Below, one piece after another: positions 19,136 to 27,811 of a stretch of DNA of 64,000 bases (positions within the stretch are counted from its first letter, which is position 1; the number at the start of each line of letters is the position of its first letter). The notes beneath the pieces were generated by a model, which worked only from the letters and a program-made list of their open reading frames with translations, had not been told where the DNA came from and ran no database searches. Both the position numbers and the translations under genes were made by a program. Source of the DNA: Opitutia bacterium (lineage in GTDB: Bacteria; Verrucomicrobiota; Verrucomicrobiia; Opitutales; T3Sed10-336); assembly GCA_050506795.1 (NCBI GenBank), contig JBJHCF010000010.1, positions 32,001 to 96,000 on the forward strand. The letters are read 5' to 3'.

Positions 19136-19222
19136 TGGTGCCCGGAGCCGGGGTCGAACCGGCACTCCCTTGCGGGAACCAGATTTTGAGTCTGGCGCGT
19201 CTGCCAATTCCGCCATCCGGGC
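19136..19222 (-). tRNA. tRNA-Leu(CAA)
   Basis: GCCCGGATGGCGGAATTGGCAGACGCG-CCAGA CT-CAA-AA TCTGG, long variable arm, GGTTCGACCCC, encoded CCA; 87 nt. Confidence 0.97.
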
Positions 19223-19344
19223 ATTGAATCAACAGCAAGTCGATAACGTGCCGCGATTCTTTGTGGGAAGTCAACCCATAAAGGGTCGTGAAAAGTCCGC
19301 GATAGGCTTGCCTCGCGGGCCGGGCTCTGGCTTAGAAGGGAGTC

Positions 19345-20109
19345 GTGCCGGATTATCGCAGCTATTGTCCGCCGGGGTCGGTTCGGGATGGGGTCGTTTC
19401 GCTGGACGCCGGGGAATCGCACCACCTGGTCCGGGTGAACCGGGCGCGCCGGGGCGATCCTGTGGTGGTCTTCGACGGACGCGGCAACGAGTTCGATTGC
19501 GTGTTGGCCAGGGACCACGGCGCGGCGGCGATCCTGGAGGTTGGCGAACAGCGGAGGATCGCTCCCCTGCCCTACGCGCTGACCCTGGCCCAGGCGGTGC
19601 CCAAGGGAAAAATGTTCGATAATATCGTGCGCCACGCCACCGAAATCGGGGCGTCCCGTATTGTGCCGGTGGTGACGGATCGCACGGAGGTGCGCCTGGA
19701 CCCCCAGCGTTCTCCCAAAAAGGAAGAGAAGTGGCGTACCGCCGCCCTGGAGGCGGCCAAACAGTGCGGCACGCCGTTCATTCCGGAAATCAGCTCCACC
19801 ACCGGCCTGGACCGCCTGCTGGAGGCGGAAGACAAGTACGATTTGAAGCTGGTGGCCGGCCTGGTGCCGGAGGCGGGCAGCCTGGCCGGGTTTCTGCCCC
19901 TCGAAATCCAGGGAACTCCGGAAGCGCCTTTTCGGGTGCTTTGGCTGGTCGGTCCCGAAGGCGATTTCAGTCCGGAGGAAATCGCCGCCGCCCGGGCACA
20001 CGGCTTTTCCTTTGTCACCTTGGGACCCTACGTCCTGCGCTGCGAAACAGCCGCCCTGTACGCGTTGAGTATCACCGCCTACGAATTGGGCCGACGGCTG
20101 ACGGGGTAG
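19345..20109 (+). CDS. rsmE: 16S rRNA m3U1498 methyltransferase
   Basis: HHL.RV.R, ATEIG, EAAKQCG, VGPEGDFS..E, LG..VLRCETA. Confidence 0.95.
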   Translation: MPDYRSYCPPGSVRDGVVSLDAGESHHLVRVNRARRGDPVVVFDGRGNEFDCVLARDHGAAAILEVGEQRRIAPLPYALTLAQAVPKGKMFDNIVRHATEIGASRIVPVVTDRTEVRLDPQRSPKKEEKWRTAALEAAKQCGTPFIPEISSTTGLDRLLEAEDKYDLKLVAGLVPEAGSLAGFLPLEIQGTPEAPFRVLWLVGPEGDFSPEEIAAARAHGFSFVTLGPYVLRCETAALYALSITAYELGRRLTG

Positions 20110-20157
20110 GCGCCTCGTCGTTTCTTAAATCCACATCGGGATCGCGTTTCCACCTCG

Positions 20158-20209
20158 TGGAGGGAGGCGCTCCCGCGCCGGCGGCCATGCTGGCAGGATG
20201 CCCGCGCTC
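20158..20209. repeat. GGAG-type REP doublet; inverted copy at 24524-24572
   Basis: TGGAGGGAGGCGCTCCCGCGCCG...GGCAGGATGCCCGCGCTC matches the reverse complement of 24524-24572. Confidence 0.8.
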
Positions 20210-20328
20210 GAGTGCCCGGCACGAGCATGAACTAATCACAGGAAAAAAATGATAGGAAAAAGTGGCAACAACCGTAGTAAAAAACAAAGCGCGGGTTCCG
20301 ACAGAGTCTCCGATTTAAGCTGAATTTT

Positions 20329-20421
20329 TCAGATATTGAGCAGCCAGGCGAAGAGCACGGCGGCGAGCAAAAACAAGAGGCCCAATCCGAGGGCGACACA
20401 GGTGGCTATGGTGTGATGCAT
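20329..20421 (-). CDS. 30-aa hydrophobic peptide (below the ORF-track cutoff)
   Basis: ATG 20421: MHHTIATCVALGLGLLFLLAAVLFAWLLNI*; same strand and 50 bp downstream of the reductase gene. Confidence 0.5.
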   Translation of the reverse strand: MHHTIATCVALGLGLLFLLAAVLFAWLLNI

Positions 20422-20471
20422 GAGTGTGTATTGTCACTGGTTTCTGAGAAATAAAATCTGCCCGCCACGCA

Positions 20472-21824
20472 CTAAACCATATCGAAGCGTTCATCCCGTT
20501 GCTGGCTTTTCGGAATACCCAGGGAACGTAGCGATTCATTTAGCGAGGCCGCCATGGCGACCGGGCCGCAGACCATATAATCGAAACTGCGCAGTGTTCT
20601 CTTTGGTAGATGGCGGGTGATGACATCGGTGCGCAGCAGGCCTTTCTCGCCGTCCCAATCATCGGGCGGGCACTCAAGGACATAAACGACCCGGAGGTTG
20701 ATTTCTTTGGCCAGCATCTCCAGTTCCTGCCGGAACGGCATTTTTTCAATTGTCTTGGCGGCGTAGAAGAGGTGGAAGGGATGGGGAGAACCACTGGCTT
20801 TCAGCCACCGGAGCATGGACATCGCCAGGGTGATTCCAATTCCACCGGCGAGAAAAACTGAAGCGGGTGCCGTCTTTTCCCGCAGGGTCAAATGTCCGTA
20901 GGGGCCTTCCAAAAAAGCCGTCGTGCCCTTTGGTATATCAGCGATGTTCGAAGTGAAGTCACCCATTTTCTTGATGGTGAACTCCAGCCTGACGGGATTG
21001 GATGGTGAAGATGCAATGGTGAAGGGGTTTTGCTGCAGTTGGAAAGGACTTCGACCGATTGTCATCCAGGCATATTGACCGGCTTTGAAATCAAAACCGT
21101 CATGGCCAAGCGCTTCCAGTTCCAGCGTCCAAATCGATTCTGCCTCGGGTCGAACTTCAACCACTTGCCATGGTTTGCGCGAGGCCACAAGGGGTTTGAG
21201 TAAGCGGACATGAAAGAGCCACCAGAACGCCATCAGTGCAATCGTGACCCAGACGGCGGTCTTGAGAAAGGAGTGGGTGAAGTGTCCCACCATGATCAAG
21301 TGTGCGAGGGCTATAAGTACGACCAGAGACGCCATGGCAGTGTGGATGAGTCGCCAGTACTCGTAGCTCAATCCCAGTTTATTTCGCCAGATCGAGCTTA
21401 CGATGAGAACCGCCATAGCCAAAAGGAGCGCGATCAGGGCGAAGGCCCTGGGCGCATTGACTCTCGGGTCGAAAAAGCCGAGGTAGGCGGGGTCCGCGAC
21501 GATCACGATGAGCACGTGGCTAAATACGAGAACCGCGGCAATTTGGCCGATTTGGCGATGGAAGTGCAATAGGGTATCTACACCGAAGGGCTTACCCACG
21601 CGCGGAAAGCGGCCCGTGGTGATAAACTGAAAGCAAAGTACGGCAAAGGCCGTAAACCCTAGAATCGCACCAAAATCTACCCAGAAGCCCCTCCCGGGCG
21701 GCACTTCACCCAGTAACATTAACCCGGTCGGCACCAGCACAGCGAGGGCGAAAACACTGATCCAGAGTATGGTTTTCCAAGCAGTGAGAGTTACTTTCAG
21801 CATCTCAGGAAGCATTCGAAGCAT
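20472..21824 (-). CDS. Ferric-reductase-like TM domain plus FAD/NAD-binding oxidoreductase
   Basis: About 6 TM segments with heme-ligand His residues (HFHRQ, FSHV, LIHT, LAHL); GQYAW, NPFTIASS, EGPYG, LAGGIGIT, VCGP, ERFDMV. Start uncertain (21824/21815/21803). Confidence 0.88.
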   Translation of the reverse strand: MLRMLPEMLKVTLTAWKTILWISVFALAVLVPTGLMLLGEVPPGRGFWVDFGAILGFTAFAVLCFQFITTGRFPRVGKPFGVDTLLHFHRQIGQIAAVLVFSHVLIVIVADPAYLGFFDPRVNAPRAFALIALLLAMAVLIVSSIWRNKLGLSYEYWRLIHTAMASLVVLIALAHLIMVGHFTHSFLKTAVWVTIALMAFWWLFHVRLLKPLVASRKPWQVVEVRPEAESIWTLELEALGHDGFDFKAGQYAWMTIGRSPFQLQQNPFTIASSPSNPVRLEFTIKKMGDFTSNIADIPKGTTAFLEGPYGHLTLREKTAPASVFLAGGIGITLAMSMLRWLKASGSPHPFHLFYAAKTIEKMPFRQELEMLAKEINLRVVYVLECPPDDWDGEKGLLRTDVITRHLPKRTLRSFDYMVCGPVAMAASLNESLRSLGIPKSQQRDERFDMV

Positions 21825-21984
21825 TCGCTCAATTGGAAAAGCACTGAGAAATCCTCTTCCGTTGAGTCATCACAAACAAAGGCTTCCAAGGCGAGCCAAG
21901 ACAGTACTGAATAAACTTATTCCGCTCAAGTGCTTTGTTTACGAAACGATTCGATTGGCCGTAATCAAGGAGCAAGAATCCTTC

Positions 21985-22129
21985 ATGGAGCACCACGGGT
22001 ATATCCTGCCGTGGACCTTGGCAGAGGCACCCCCATGACCTCCGCCGGGTTCAACCGTCGGATGTGGAGGACCGCATATCCGGTGGTGTGGAAGGGCTGC
22101 GGGGCGCAATCCCCGCAGCCCAATCCGAT
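21985..22129 (+). mobile_element. 5'-truncated group IIC intron remnant (IEP C-terminus, D5, D6)
   Basis: ...HHGYILPWTLAEAPP* followed by AACCGTCGGATGTGG-AGGA-CCGCATATCCGGTGGTGTGGAAGG (D5) and GGGCTGCGGGG-CGCAAT-CCCCGCAGCCC-AATCCGAT (D6, AY end). Confidence 0.82.
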
Positions 22130-22222
22130 CAGCAGACAGGAACTCCTGGCGGGCGGCAAGATCGACCACCTTGATCTTTTCGCCCTGTTCACGGGCTTCT
22201 CTTTTGCTTAGGGTCTTCTGTC

Positions 22223-23614
22223 ATGAGCCATGAATACGACTTTATCGTGATCGGCGGAGGGAGTGCCGGTTACAACGCGGCGCGGAAGGCGCTGGAATTC
22301 ACCGAGAGCGTCGCGGTGGTGGACGGCGCACAGGAACTGGGCGGGCTGTGTATCCTGCGCGGCTGTATGCCGTCCAAGACTTTGATCTATACGGCGGAGA
22401 TCCTGCACCACGCCCGGCACGGGGATTGCTTCGGGCTGGATATTCCCGATGCCCGGGCCGACATGAAACGGGTAGCGGCGCGCAAGCGGGAAATCATCGC
22501 CGACTTCGCTTCCTACCGCCGGGAGGGACTGACCTCCGGGAAATTCGATCTGCACCGGGGCAACGCGCGGTTCCGGGATGCTCATTCCATCGAACTCGAC
22601 GACGGCACGGTTCTGCGCGGCAAAAAATTTCTCATCAGCACCGGCTCACAGGTCGATCTGCCGCCGGTGCCGGGCCTGGATACGGCTTCGCTTTGGACCA
22701 GCGACGACGTGCTCGACCTGGATTTTCTGCCGGAGTCGGTCATCGTTCTGGGCGGCGGCATCGTCGCCTGCGAACTGGCGCAATACTTGCAGCGCATGGG
22801 AAGCCGGGTCATTCAGATCCAACGCAGTCCCCACATCCTCAAGGAACTCCCGGTCGACGCCGCAAAGGTTGTCGAGACCGCATTCCGCGACGAAGGTATC
22901 GAGTTGTTCACCGGGACCCAGATTAAGAGCATTGTTCGGAAGGAGGGGGAAATCGAAGTCACCTTCATGCACGAAGGCCGGGAAATCACCCGCCAGGCCG
23001 CGCACGGGCTCAACGCTCTTGGTCGTCGCGCCAACACCGGCACCCTCAACCTGGAAGCAGCCGGGGTCGCCCTGAAGAAGAACGGTCAGATCGAAACGGA
23101 TACGTTCCAGCGCACCAGCAATCCCGACATCTACGCCGCCGGCGACTGCGCCGGCCCCTATGAAATCGTTCACATCGCCATCCAGCAGGGAGAGATCGCT
23201 GCACAGCACGCCCTGGGGAAAACGGTAGCGCCGGTGGATTACAATCAACTGCTCCTGGTCCTTTTCACCGACCCCCAGATCGCGGTGGCCGGGCGATCCG
23301 AACAGGCGTTGCGCGACGCCGGAGAGGACATTGTTTCCGCATCCTTCCCGTTCGACGACCACGGCAAATCCATTCTCATGGAAGCCAAGTATGGTTATGT
23401 GAAAGTGATCGCGTCCCGCTCGGACGGCAGGATCCTGGGAGCCGAAATCGTGGGCAAGGATGCCGGCGAACTGATCCACTCGCTCTCCACCGCCATCGCC
23501 CTGCGCGCCACGGTGCACGATCTGCTGAAAGCGCCCTGGTACCACCCGACGCTTTCGGAAATCATCACCTACCCGCTGGAGGATATCGCGGAGGAATTGT
23601 TGGCCGGACGATAG
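22223..23614 (+). CDS. Pyridine nucleotide-disulfide oxidoreductase, dihydrolipoamide dehydrogenase family
   Basis: IGGGSAG, GGLCILRGCMPSK, IYAAGD, HPTLSE; no MerA C-terminal CC. Confidence 0.9.
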   Translation: MSHEYDFIVIGGGSAGYNAARKALEFTESVAVVDGAQELGGLCILRGCMPSKTLIYTAEILHHARHGDCFGLDIPDARADMKRVAARKREIIADFASYRREGLTSGKFDLHRGNARFRDAHSIELDDGTVLRGKKFLISTGSQVDLPPVPGLDTASLWTSDDVLDLDFLPESVIVLGGGIVACELAQYLQRMGSRVIQIQRSPHILKELPVDAAKVVETAFRDEGIELFTGTQIKSIVRKEGEIEVTFMHEGREITRQAAHGLNALGRRANTGTLNLEAAGVALKKNGQIETDTFQRTSNPDIYAAGDCAGPYEIVHIAIQQGEIAAQHALGKTVAPVDYNQLLLVLFTDPQIAVAGRSEQALRDAGEDIVSASFPFDDHGKSILMEAKYGYVKVIASRSDGRILGAEIVGKDAGELIHSLSTAIALRATVHDLLKAPWYHPTLSEIITYPLEDIAEELLAGR

Positions 23615-24261
23615 AACAGCACCACCGTTCGCCCGGCGCGTTCCCAATCCCATCCATACCGCCGAGCCAGCCAGGCAAAGGTCGATTCGCGGAAAAAGCT
23701 GACGTGGGTGGGATCGTGGCGGTACCACCAGGAGGAAAAGTCGCCCTCCGGCGGAAAGATTTCGGTCATAATGCCCAGCCATCCTCCCGGTTTCAGCAGG
23801 CCGGCCAACCGGTCGAACTCCCGGGACGGACGGTGGAAATGCTCCACCGTTTCGGTACAGGTGACAAAATCATAGTCCCGTTCAAGCACCCGGGTATCGG
23901 GGGCAAAAAAAGGATCGTAGGTGGCGGTGGGAAACCCGACCTCCTCCAGCATCAAGGACAATGTCGGCCCGGGTCCCGAACCGTAGTCGAGCCCCTCCAT
24001 GCCGGGCTTCAGTTTTTCGCGTAGCGGCGAGAAGAGCCGGTTAAGAAAATCGCGGTAACGCGGATCGGTGGGATCGTTCTCATGGGTCTCGTAATGCACC
24101 CGCTCGGCCTCGCGATCCGGACGACGTCCCGGATGCAGAAAGATCAACCCGCAGCCCGAACAATCGAGGTAGTCGGCCACAGCGGGAGTCGGCACCACCG
24201 CCGCCCCCTTAGCCCCGCACAAGGGGCAAGGGATTTCACCTGCGTCACCTACAATTCGCAT
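23569..24261 (-). CDS. Class I SAM-dependent methyltransferase with N-terminal zinc ribbon
   Basis: CPLC...CSGC, GLDYGSGPGP, YDPFF, TETVEHF, W.Y..DPTHVSFF. Confidence 0.88.
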   Translation of the reverse strand: MRIVGDAGEIPCPLCGAKGAAVVPTPAVADYLDCSGCGLIFLHPGRRPDREAERVHYETHENDPTDPRYRDFLNRLFSPLREKLKPGMEGLDYGSGPGPTLSLMLEEVGFPTATYDPFFAPDTRVLERDYDFVTCTETVEHFHRPSREFDRLAGLLKPGGWLGIMTEIFPPEGDFSSWWYRHDPTHVSFFRESTFAWLARRYGWDWERAGRTVVLFYRPANNSSAISSSG

Positions 24262-24407
24262 ATCCGGACGTTAGCAGACCGGCGCCACTCAATACCAACC
24301 GGAAAAACCGACCGTCGGTCTCGTATAATTTGCGGGTAATGTATTGGAGGAGCGCGAACTCGATTCGGCTTGTCAAACGATGAACCTGCTTAACCGAGAC
24401 GTTCCCC

Positions 24408-24572
24408 GTAGGTCCGTGCTTCAGCCGGACACAACCGGGGACACAAGTCCCCGGAACACTGGATTCTTAACCACGAAGTACACGAAATACACGAAGTGGC
24501 TCAACCGAATCGCATCGACCTGGGAGCGCGGGCATCCTGCCCGCACCGGCGGCGCGGGAGCGCCGCCCTCCA
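24408..24572. repeat. Mosaic repeat block (GTAG REP, nonamer array, GGAG REP doublet)
   Basis: GTAGGTCCGTGCTTCAGCCGGAC 24408-24430; ACCACGAAGTACACGAAATACACGAAGT ~24470-24497; doublet 24524-24572. Confidence 0.85.
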
Positions 24573-24607
24573 GGAAGGAGGATGCGCGAACTCGATTCGC
24601 ATTCGGA

Positions 24608-26146
24608 CTACAGTCTTGCCAGCCAGGTGCTGAGCGGACCCTGGAAAAAACCGATCAGGACGGTGAGCACCGCCAGGGAGGTGAGCACCCAGCAACTGAG
24701 CAGGCTGACCTGCGGAAAGGCGCGGGCCTGGTCGGAGGCATCCTGTCCGGCGGAGGGGATTTCCCAGTTGCGGAAGACGGCGGCCTTGATCCAGCCGAAA
24801 TAATAATAGATGGAGAGCACCACCCCGACCAGCGAAACCCCGAGAAGCCAATAAAGTCCGGCCTGAAACGCCGCGACGAAAATCAGAAGTTTACCTATGA
24901 AACCGGCCAGCGGCGGAATGCCGGCCAGCGACCCGAGGCCGACCACCAGGACTCCCCCCAGCAGGGGACGCTCCCGGGCGAGGTTGAGGTAGTCCTCGAT
25001 TTCATCGCCGTGACCGTCCTCCTTCGAAAGGTGAGCCATCACTCCGAAAACCGCGAAGGACGCCAGCAGGTAGGTGAACAGATAAAACAGCACCGCCCCG
25101 ATGGCCCACGGCACGTAAAGCGAGGCAATCACTCCCACCAGCAGGTAACCCGCATGGGCGATGCCCGAGAGACCCATGAGTCGCTTGACGTTGCGCTGGG
25201 TGAGCGCGGTGATGTTGCCGAACAAAATCGTGAGGGTGGCAAGGAGGGTCAGCACCGGCACCAAAAGGTTTTCCATCGGTGCGAACACCCGCATGACCAG
25301 GGTCAGCAGCACGGCGAAGCCGGCCGCCTTGGACGCCACCGCCAGAAACGCGGTCACGGGGGTCGATGCGCCCTGGTAAACGTCGGGCACCCAGATTTGA
25401 AAGGGGAAGGCGGCGATTTTGAACGACATTCCCGCCAGCACCAGGATCATGCCGATGGCGGCCAGGCCGCTTTCCGGGTGGTTCAGCAGGAAGGCGTTGA
25501 GCGCGCCGAAATTCATGGAATCCGCGGAACCCCCGACCATGAGCGGATTGCCGGCCACTCCGTAAAGGAGCGCGATGCCGAAAAGCAGGATCGCCGAACT
25601 GAGCGCACTGAGCACCAGGTACTTCAACCCCGCTTCCAGCGAGATGGCCTGGTGCCGGAAATAGCTGATCAGGACGTAGAACCCGACCGTCACCGTTTCC
25701 AGCGCCACGAACAGCATCACGAAGTGATTGCTCTGGGCCAGCAGCATGAGCGCCGCCGTCACCACCAGCGTGATGTGATAAAACTCCACTCGCGGCACCG
25801 GCTTTCCCGCCAGGCTGATGCCCGCCAGGTAGCAGACCAGCAGCGAACTCAGGAGAAAGAACAGACGCATGGCCTGTCCCGACCCGTCGTGGTACAACAT
25901 GCCGGCAAAAGTTTCCTGGCCGAGGAAACCGCCCCCGCTCCGGTAAAACAGGAGCATCCAAGCCAGCAAAAAGACCTGTCCGAAGACCGCCACCCGCGGA
26001 ATCAGCGTCACCCGATGCTTCGGGAAAAGGATTTCCAGCACCAGGAGCGCCAGGGCCAGCACCGCCAGGGTGATTTCCGGCAGAATGGCGCTCCACTGGT
26101 TCGAAGCGGCGATTTCCTTAAACTGGAGCAATTGATCGTTCATCAC
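24608..26146 (-). CDS. nuoN: NADH-quinone oxidoreductase subunit N (set 1)
   Basis: EAGLKYL, FKIAAFPFQ.WVPDVYQGA, KRLMG.SGIAHAGY, SLAGIPPLAGF.GK. Confidence 0.93.
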   Translation of the reverse strand: MMNDQLLQFKEIAASNQWSAILPEITLAVLALALLVLEILFPKHRVTLIPRVAVFGQVFLLAWMLLFYRSGGGFLGQETFAGMLYHDGSGQAMRLFFLLSSLLVCYLAGISLAGKPVPRVEFYHITLVVTAALMLLAQSNHFVMLFVALETVTVGFYVLISYFRHQAISLEAGLKYLVLSALSSAILLFGIALLYGVAGNPLMVGGSADSMNFGALNAFLLNHPESGLAAIGMILVLAGMSFKIAAFPFQIWVPDVYQGASTPVTAFLAVASKAAGFAVLLTLVMRVFAPMENLLVPVLTLLATLTILFGNITALTQRNVKRLMGLSGIAHAGYLLVGVIASLYVPWAIGAVLFYLFTYLLASFAVFGVMAHLSKEDGHGDEIEDYLNLARERPLLGGVLVVGLGSLAGIPPLAGFIGKLLIFVAAFQAGLYWLLGVSLVGVVLSIYYYFGWIKAAVFRNWEIPSAGQDASDQARAFPQVSLLSCWVLTSLAVLTVLIGFFQGPLSTWLARL

Positions 26147-26155
26147 ACAATAGTC

Positions 26156-27784
26156 CTATAGCCCGGCTCGCGGGTTGATGTCCTCCGGCGCGCAACAGGA
26201 CGGCAGCGGCAGCGAAGCCGGCATGATGTTGTTCCCATCGTGGTACTGGGCGGCGGTACCGGGGGACTGATCGGCGAACTGCTCGTAGAGGGGCGTCACC
26301 GCCTGGTTGATCCCGTCGGTCATGGAACGCGGCCAGATACCGACCACGATCAACAGCGTCAGCAGCACCAGTACGGGAGCCCGTTCGTGCCCCTGAATAT
26401 CGCTGATTGCGCGTCCGCGGGACACCTCGGCAAACGCCGGCGTCGGTTCGCCGAAAAAGATATTGCCGACCGCGCGCAATCCGTAAACCGCGGATATCAC
26501 CACCCCGAAAACGGCGGGAATCACCATCCATTCCTTGTACTGCCAGAGGCCGATGAAAACGGTCAACTCCCCCCAGAAGTTGGCCAGTCCCGGACCGGGA
26601 AGCCCGATACTCGCGAGCATGGCGGTGACAAAAAACGCCGCCAGCACCGGCGTTTGGCGTCCCAACCCGCCGATCTCCCGCATATCGAAAGTCTCGGTTC
26701 GCCGGTAGATACAATGCCCGAGCAGGAAGAGCAGGGCCACGGTCAAACCGTGGGCGAACATCAGAATCACCGCGCCGCCCACGCCCACCGCGGATAGGCA
26801 GGCCAGCCCGAGAAAACAGTACCCCATGTGCATGACCGAGCTGTAACCGATCATCTGCTTGAGATCGCGCTGCGCCACCGTCACAAAACCAATCACCACC
26901 ACGTTGCCGAGCGCCAGCAGGGCCAGAAAGTACATCCAGTTCTCCGCGCCCTGCGGCAGCAGGGGCGCTCCGATCTGAATCAAACCGTAGAGGCCGAACT
27001 TCTTCAGCACGCCGGCGTGCAGCATGGCGGCCGAGGTCGGCGCAGCTCCGTAACCCAGAGCCGCCCAGGTGTGCAGCGGCCAGAGTGACACCAGAATGCC
27101 GAATCCAAACAACAAGAGGGCGAAAGTGTAGGTCTGGGCAACGCTGCCGATACTCTGCCCGGCCAGGGCCGCCTGCAAACTCAGCATATCGAAGGACTCC
27201 GCCCCGCTCTGGACGTAGAGCGCGATCAGACCGAGAAGCGACAGCAAGGCGCCGAGGGTGAGGTAGATGGTCATCTTCATGGCGGCGTAATGCCGCTCCC
27301 GGCCGCCCCAGATGCCGATCATGATAAAGGTGGGGATCAGGGCCACCTCGTGGAAGAAGTAGAAAAAGAAAACATCCACCGACGCGAATACTCCCATCAG
27401 GCCACCCTGCATGATCAACAGGAGCGCCAGATACTCACGCAGCCGCGCGGCGCCGGAATGAAGCGCATAAAAACCTGCCGCGAAACCGACCACCCCGGCC
27501 AGGACAAAAAGCGGCAGGGAAATGCCGTTCAACCCGAGTTGCAGGGAAATACCGAGGAATTCCAGGCCCAGGGGCAGGTCGCTGAGGTACGCGTACCCGG
27601 TTTCCTCGTCGGGCGAGAATCCGATCCAAAGAAATATCGCCACCAGCGCCGGAAACAAAAAACCGGTCAGGGCCAGACGCCGCACCAGGGCTTCCCGCGC
27701 CGGACCGAGCAACAGCAGCGCGCCGCCGAAAACGATCGGCAGGAAAACGGTCAATTGCAGTAAAAACGAAAAGCGCTCAGCCAT
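26156..27784 (-). CDS. nuoM: NADH-quinone oxidoreductase subunit M (set 1)
   Basis: FF.E..LIP, PLHTW...APT, LKK.G.YG, YSSV.HMG, ASIGLPG...F.GE. Confidence 0.93.
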   Translation of the reverse strand: MAERFSFLLQLTVFLPIVFGGALLLLGPAREALVRRLALTGFLFPALVAIFLWIGFSPDEETGYAYLSDLPLGLEFLGISLQLGLNGISLPLFVLAGVVGFAAGFYALHSGAARLREYLALLLIMQGGLMGVFASVDVFFFYFFHEVALIPTFIMIGIWGGRERHYAAMKMTIYLTLGALLSLLGLIALYVQSGAESFDMLSLQAALAGQSIGSVAQTYTFALLLFGFGILVSLWPLHTWAALGYGAAPTSAAMLHAGVLKKFGLYGLIQIGAPLLPQGAENWMYFLALLALGNVVVIGFVTVAQRDLKQMIGYSSVMHMGYCFLGLACLSAVGVGGAVILMFAHGLTVALLFLLGHCIYRRTETFDMREIGGLGRQTPVLAAFFVTAMLASIGLPGPGLANFWGELTVFIGLWQYKEWMVIPAVFGVVISAVYGLRAVGNIFFGEPTPAFAEVSRGRAISDIQGHERAPVLVLLTLLIVVGIWPRSMTDGINQAVTPLYEQFADQSPGTAAQYHDGNNIMPASLPLPSCCAPEDINPRAGL

Positions 27785-27811
27785 AATGTGCAGGTCTCCC
27801 TCGTCGGAAAA

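Larger units (their letters stand above)
16713..19145. mobile_element. Small genomic islet at the tRNA-Leu 3' end (no intact integrase)
   Basis: TGGTGCCCGG at 16713-16722 duplicates the tRNA 3' end (19136-19145); the enclosed DNA looks AT-richer than the flanks. Confidence 0.55.

Noticed and set aside
22223..23614. Mercuric reductase merA
   Set aside because: No C-terminal CC, no metal-binding domain and no mer operon; HPTLSE is Lpd-like.
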